Part shown: positions 58,960 through 64,000 of the stretch, one piece after another
How the letters are laid out: every line of letters starts with the position of its first letter
Numbering within the stretch: the first letter of the stretch is position 1
DNA from: Okamejei kenojei
Taxonomy: Eukaryota
DNA length: 64,000 nucleotides
Direction: 5' to 3'
NCBI GenBank assembly: GCA_035221665.1
Contig: JAVHYY010000289.1
Coordinates: forward strand, 1 to 64,000
Notes under the pieces: generated by a model
What the model saw: the letters and a program-made list of their open reading frames with translations, nothing else
What the model was told of the DNA's origin: nothing
Database searches by the model: none
Made by a program: the position numbers and the translations under genes

Positions 58960-61582
58960 CTGGCCGGATGGACTGCATCCGAGCGTTCTGACAGAGGTGG
59001 CTTTGGAGATTGTGGAGGTATTGATAGTGATATTTTAAGAATCACTAGAGTCAGGAGTGGTCCCAGATAATTGATAAATTGCCAACAGTACACCGCTGCA
59101 CAATAGTCAGCATGTGAAGGGGAGGTCTTGCTTGAAAAATTTGCTGGAGTTCTTTGAAGAAGTAAATAGCAGGACAGACAAAGGAGAGTCAGTAGATGCT
59201 GTTTATTTAGATTTTCAGAAAGCCTTTGATAAGGTGCCACATGTTAGGCTGCTAAGGAAGATGAGAGCCCACGGTATCTAAGGACAGATACTAACTAGCA
59301 TGGATAGCAGGTTGTCTGGATGGCAGAAGACAAAGAGTGACAATAAAGGGGGATTGGCTGCCAGTGAGTTCCGCAAGGGTTGGTGCTCAGACCACTACTC
59401 TTCACGTTGTATATTAATGATTTGGACGAGGGGATTGAATGTTTTGTGGCCAAGTTTGCGGATGATACAGAAATAGGTGGAGGGGCAGGTAGTGTAGAGA
59501 AAGCAGGGACTCCGCAGATGGACATGGATAGGTTGGGAGAGTGGGCAGAGAAGTGGCTGATGGAATGTAGTGAAGCAAAGTGTGGAATCATGCATTTTGG
59601 AAGTAGTAAGAATAAAGGCGTGGTCTATTTTCTAAATGGGAAGAGAATCCTGGAATCGGAGGTGCAAATTGACTTGGGAGTGCTGGTGCAGGGTTCCCAA
59701 AAAGTTAATCTCAAGGTTTCAAAGGTCTTTTATTGTCACTTGTACCAATTAAGTAGGTATGTTACAAAACTTACCTTCAGCGGCGCTGTAGATCTGCCAC
59801 TGGCCGTGCGCTCGACTTTGGCGCCTTTGATTGGGGGGGGGCGGCGGGGGGGGGGGGGGCAGGGTTAAAATGCAGTGTTTCTCTTACCTGTCCAAAATAT
59901 ATTTTACTCGGAGCACAAGCGTTTGCTGAAGAATTGTTCCGACTGCCGTTCTGTGACTTTTTTTTTTTAATTGCCCAACAAGTTCAGCGCTGGAGTACTT
60001 TAAAAATCAGTTTCTAAAGCCGTCAACGCCAACATCGGGGACGGATTTCACGTACGGGACAGGTAAAGGAAAGCCGTTTATTTTATGTATAAAAGTGCTT
60101 TTTAAGATGCGTTTAATCCACATTTTACGTTGCGAAACAGTGATTTATTCTCCATACGAACTGGCAGTATTTTACCTGCCGATATGGGGTTCAAATTCAC
60201 CGCAACCGCAACGTTCCAATTGATCGCGTTCCACAAAAACCCACTCGCAAGCTGATTTAAATGCCCATTAATTTACGGGAATCAAACATTAAATTCCTTC
60301 CATTTGGCCTATAAATGCATGACAATGTGATTTAAAAATCATGTTCTATTGTGAATTCTTGTGTGAATGTTATTTGAACACTTAGGCTATTTAAAAATGT
60401 TAATTTTTAAATAGCCTAAGATCTAAGAACATAGATCTAAACATAGTTAGATGTTTAGATCTAGTAATTGAATTTTGTAATTGGCTACAATTGGGTAATT
60501 AATTATATGCTTTAATTTCAGGTCATCCAAGCATGATTCTTTCATATTTTTCAGAATGCTTCAATGTATAATAACTGAAAATGTCTTTCAGTTCTCCTAA
60601 TTTTTAAGAAAGTTATGGCTTTTGACTGTCCTTGATCATAGCTTTTGTGTTAAGTCAATGGAAAAACAATAGGGAACAAGAGGCTAATTTCTGAGTATGA
60701 AAATGGTCATAACTTTTTTAATAATTATATGCGTTGAATTTAAACCCCATATCGGCAGAAAAAACACTGCCGGTTCGTTTGGGGACTAAATCACCTTTTC
60801 ACAACGTAAAATTTGGATTAAGGCCATCCTAAGAAGCACGTTTATATGTAAAATAAACGGCTTTTAATAATTCACAGAACGGCCGTTGGAACAAATCTCC
60901 AGCAAAACCTCGCACCCCAAGAAAGTATAATCCAGGACAGGTAGGAGAAAAACCGCATTTTAACCCCCCCCCCCCCCCCCTCAAAGTCGCGCACACGACC
61001 AGTGACAGAACTGCAGCGCCGCTGAAGGTAAGTTTTGTAACATACCTACCATATATGAGGAAGGACGTGCTGGCTCTGGAGAAAGTCCAGAGAAAGTTTA
61101 CAAGAATGATCCCAGGAATGAGTAGATTAACCTCTGCTGAGCCTTTGTCGGCACTGGACCTGTACTTGCTGAAGTTTAGAAGAATGTGGGGGACACCTCA
61201 TTAGAACATACAGAATAGTGAAAGGCTTGGACAGAGTGGATGTGGAGAGGATGTTTCCACTAGTTGGAGAGTCTAGGACTAGAGGTCATAACCTCAGAAT
61301 TAAAGGACGTTCTTTTAGGAAGGAAATTAGGAGACATTTCTTTAGTGAGAGGGTGGTGAATCTGTGGAATTCTTTGCCACAGAAGGCTGTGGAGGCAAAG
61401 TCAGTAATATTTTTAAGGCAGAGATAGATAGATTCTTGATTAGTGCAGGTGTCAGAGGCTATGGGGAGAAGGCAGGAGAATGTGGTTCAGAGAGAGAGAT
61501 AGATCAGCCATGATTGCATGGCGGAGTAGACTTGATGGGCTGAATGAACTAATTCTACTCCTATCTTATAACCTTGTGAACT
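58960..61582 (+). mobile_element. Old CR1 copy interrupted by a long-TIR element
   Basis: RT motifs at 59380-59712 (YINDLDEGIECFVAKFADDT). The C-terminus and 3' UTR resume at 61050. Confidence 0.85.
59753..61049. mobile_element. Non-autonomous DNA transposon / foldback element with ~350-450-bp imperfect TIRs
   Basis: GTAGGTATGTTACAAAACTTACCTTCAGCGGCGCTG...CAGCGCCGCTGAAGGTAAGTTTTGTAACATACCTAC is a perfect 36-bp terminal match. Pairing continues inward (poly-G with poly-C; 60070-60205 with 60731-60864). No ORF. Confidence 0.88.
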
Positions 61583-61617
61583 TGTGAGAAGTTAAACCGG
61601 GCAGGCATCACAGGGAG

Positions 61618-62392
61618 ATAGGGTGGTAGAGAAGGCTTTTGGTGCATTGGCCTTCATCAGTCAAGATATTGAGTGTAGAAGTTCGGACATTGTGTTCCAG
61701 TTGCACCAGACGCGGGCAAGGCTGCATTTGAAGTATTGTGTTCAGTTTTGTTCACCCTGCTGTAGGAAGGATATCGTTAAGCTGGATAAAGTGCAGAGAA
61801 GATTCATGAGGATGTTGCCAGGTCTCGAAGGGTTGAGCTAGAGGGCATGGTTGGGCAGGCTATGGTTTTATTTGTTGGCGCGCAGGAATCTGAGGGGTGA
61901 ACTTATGGAGATTTATAAAATCATTTGGGGAATCTAGTACAGATAGTCTTTTACCCAGAGTAGGGGAATCAAGAAGCAATGGACATGTGTTATAGACAAT
62001 GGACAATAGGTGCAGGAGTAGACCACTCGGCCCTTCGAGCCAGCACCACCATTCAATGTGATCATGGCTGATCATCCCCAATCAGTACCCCATTCCTGCC
62101 TTCTCCCCATATCCCCTGACTCCACTATGTTCAAAGTGAAAAAGGGGAAAGATTTAATAGGAACCTCTTTGTCAACTTATTTCACACAGAGGTCATTGAT
62201 ATAGAACGCGCTGCCAGGGGAGGCAGTTGAGGCCGATAATACAACAGCATTTAAAAGACACTAGAATAGGTACATGGATAGGAAAGGTTTAGAGAGATAC
62301 ACAAACCAAACACATGCAATTGGGACTAGCTTTGTTGGGATAACTTAGTCACGAATGACGTTGGGTCAAAGGTTCTGTTTCTGAGCTGTATG
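61618..62392 (+). mobile_element. CR1 3' fragment with a short inverted CR1 tail inside (~61992-62127)
   Basis: KAFGALAFISQDIE...LKYCVQFCSP...RRFMRMLPGL. Confidence 0.85.
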
Positions 62393-62779
62393 CGTCAATG
62401 ACTATCTGCCAAACCTTTCTTTCTGATAGCAAGACAGTAATATGCCTATGATTTGTATCTGTAACAGCCCTGCATCTGTGAATAAAGTAACAACACTTTA
62501 ACTGGTTTTGTGTCTCTTTGAATTGTGGAACCATTCTGATAAGGATAGGTCACACCTGCAACTAACTGTTCCGGAGAATGTGCAGCGATGGTGCTCATTT
62601 ATTGTTCGGGGAATTATATCTTCTGGTTTAAGGAGTTGGTCTATTTATCAAATAGACTGAGGATCGCAACATAACCTCATTTACAGTGTAGGACTGGTTG
62701 CAGAGGACAGGACATATTTGACATTTACTGTATTAAATATACACATTAAAAACATAAAACATTCATGATTTTTGCTGAA

Positions 62780-63462
62780 GACAGACACAAAATGTTAGAG
62801 TAACTCAGCGGGACAGGCAGCATCTCTGGAGAGAAGGAATGGGTGATGTTTCGGGTCGAGACCCTTCTTCAGACTGAGAGTAAGGGGAAAGGGAAACTAA
62901 ACATATAGGCGGTGATGTAGAGAGATGCAGAACAAAGGAATAAAAGATATGCAAAAAAGCAATGATGATAAAGGAAACAGGCCTTTGTTAGCTGTTTGCT
63001 AGGTGAGAACAATAAGCTGGTGTGACGTGGATGGGGGTGGGATGGAGAGAGAGGGAATGCAGGGGTTACTTCACATTAGAGAAATCAATATTCATACCAC
63101 TGGGTTGTGAGCTGCCCAAGTGAAATATGAGATGCCGTTCCTCCAATTTGCATTTAGCCTTACTCTGACAGTAGAGGAGGCCTCGTACAGAAGTGTGGGA
63201 ATGGGAAGGGGAATTAAAGTGTTTAGCAACTGGGAGATCTGGTGTGTCCAGGTGGACTGAGCGAAGATGTTCAGTGAAAGGATCGCCCACATCGCAATCT
63301 ATATCTCTTGTTTCCCTTTCCCTCCGACTCTCTGCCTGAAGAAGGGTCTCGACCCAAAACATCACCTATGTTCTCCAGAGATGCTGCCCGTCCCTCTGAG
63401 TTACTCTAGCATTTTGTGTCTATCATCGGTTTAAACCAGCATCTGCAGTTCTTTCCTACACC
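62780..63462. mobile_element. Penelope-like element: minus EN + pseudo-LTR joined to an inverted plus pseudo-LTR
   Basis: ORF 63066-63365 (EHLRSV...VAKHFNSPSHSH...LEERHLIFHLGSSQPSGMNIDFSN). Hammerhead cores at 62845-62872 (minus) and 63336-63363 (plus, GAAA mutated). Confidence 0.85.
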
Positions 63463-64000
63463 TGAATTTTGCTGCATGGGAGTCCAGGCCTGGGATAATT
63501 ACTCTGAGAAACTTCACCAGAGTCCAACTCGGGGGTTTGGAACCTGCGGCCTTCTAGGCCATTAAGTGCAGCCTTTTGAATGAATCCAAATTTAGTAGAA
63601 CAAATCCTTTTATTTTTCTTAATATGTTTTTGTTCGTCTTTTATTATTTTAATTTTAATCTTAAAATGAACATATTTAAAATACCAAAGCGTAAAAAAAG
63701 ATTTGATGAAATAGACCTCTCTGACTGACGGCCACAATTAGTAAGTCATGAGGGCTATTTTATCACCTGTTATGCTCATGATTTAGTTCTAATGCAACTC
63801 CAGAATGTACGTTAACCTCCCTGCCTGACTGGTGCCACCAAGGCCTGAGGCTGGTTGACAAAAGGGAAAATGTCGGGCAGAGTCCGCTGGCCGTCCAGTC
63901 TTCAGTATTATCAACTTTTGATAGTGGTGCACGTGGCTTTCTGTTTGAAGTTGAATTTGAGAATAGTTAAACTGCGTATTTGTTTGATTGTATTTTTTTT

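Noticed and set aside
58430-58991. Overlapping 176-182 aa ORFs on both strands
   Set aside because: No recognisable domain. They lie in a GC-rich interspersed repeat.

Overview
Eukaryotic, repeat-dense genomic DNA from a cartilaginous fish, most likely a skate (Rajidae). This is inferred from my recollection of skate IgX/IgW constant-domain and tail sequences, not from a database search. The only host gene I can support is a minus-strand IgW (IgX, the IgD orthologue) heavy-chain cluster. It consists of a leader exon (27216-27261), an in-frame VDJ exon already joined in the genome with no RSSs (26761-27108), CH1 (18616-18924), CH2 (7806-8114) and a separately spliced cysteine-rich secretory-tail exon (7055-7190). 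The fixed V domain has three non-canonical cysteines, one in CDR1 and two in a very short CDR3. CH2 and the tail carry 1-bp indels, but they lie in an ~8 kb stretch where neighbouring repeats are equally indel-rich, so these are probably assembly errors. Most of the rest is mobile DNA: many CR1 LINEs (one nearly intact), Rex/Babar, L1 and L2 LINEs, and Penelope-like remnants carrying minimal hammerhead-ribozyme cores. There are also two DIRS-type tyrosine-recombinase retroelements with ITR/ICR ends, Harbinger MITEs, a Tc1 end, a Crypton-like hairpin element and a long-TIR foldback element. The CH1-CH2 intron was expanded by a five-level nested insertion stack. There is one 231-N gap (13213-13443).
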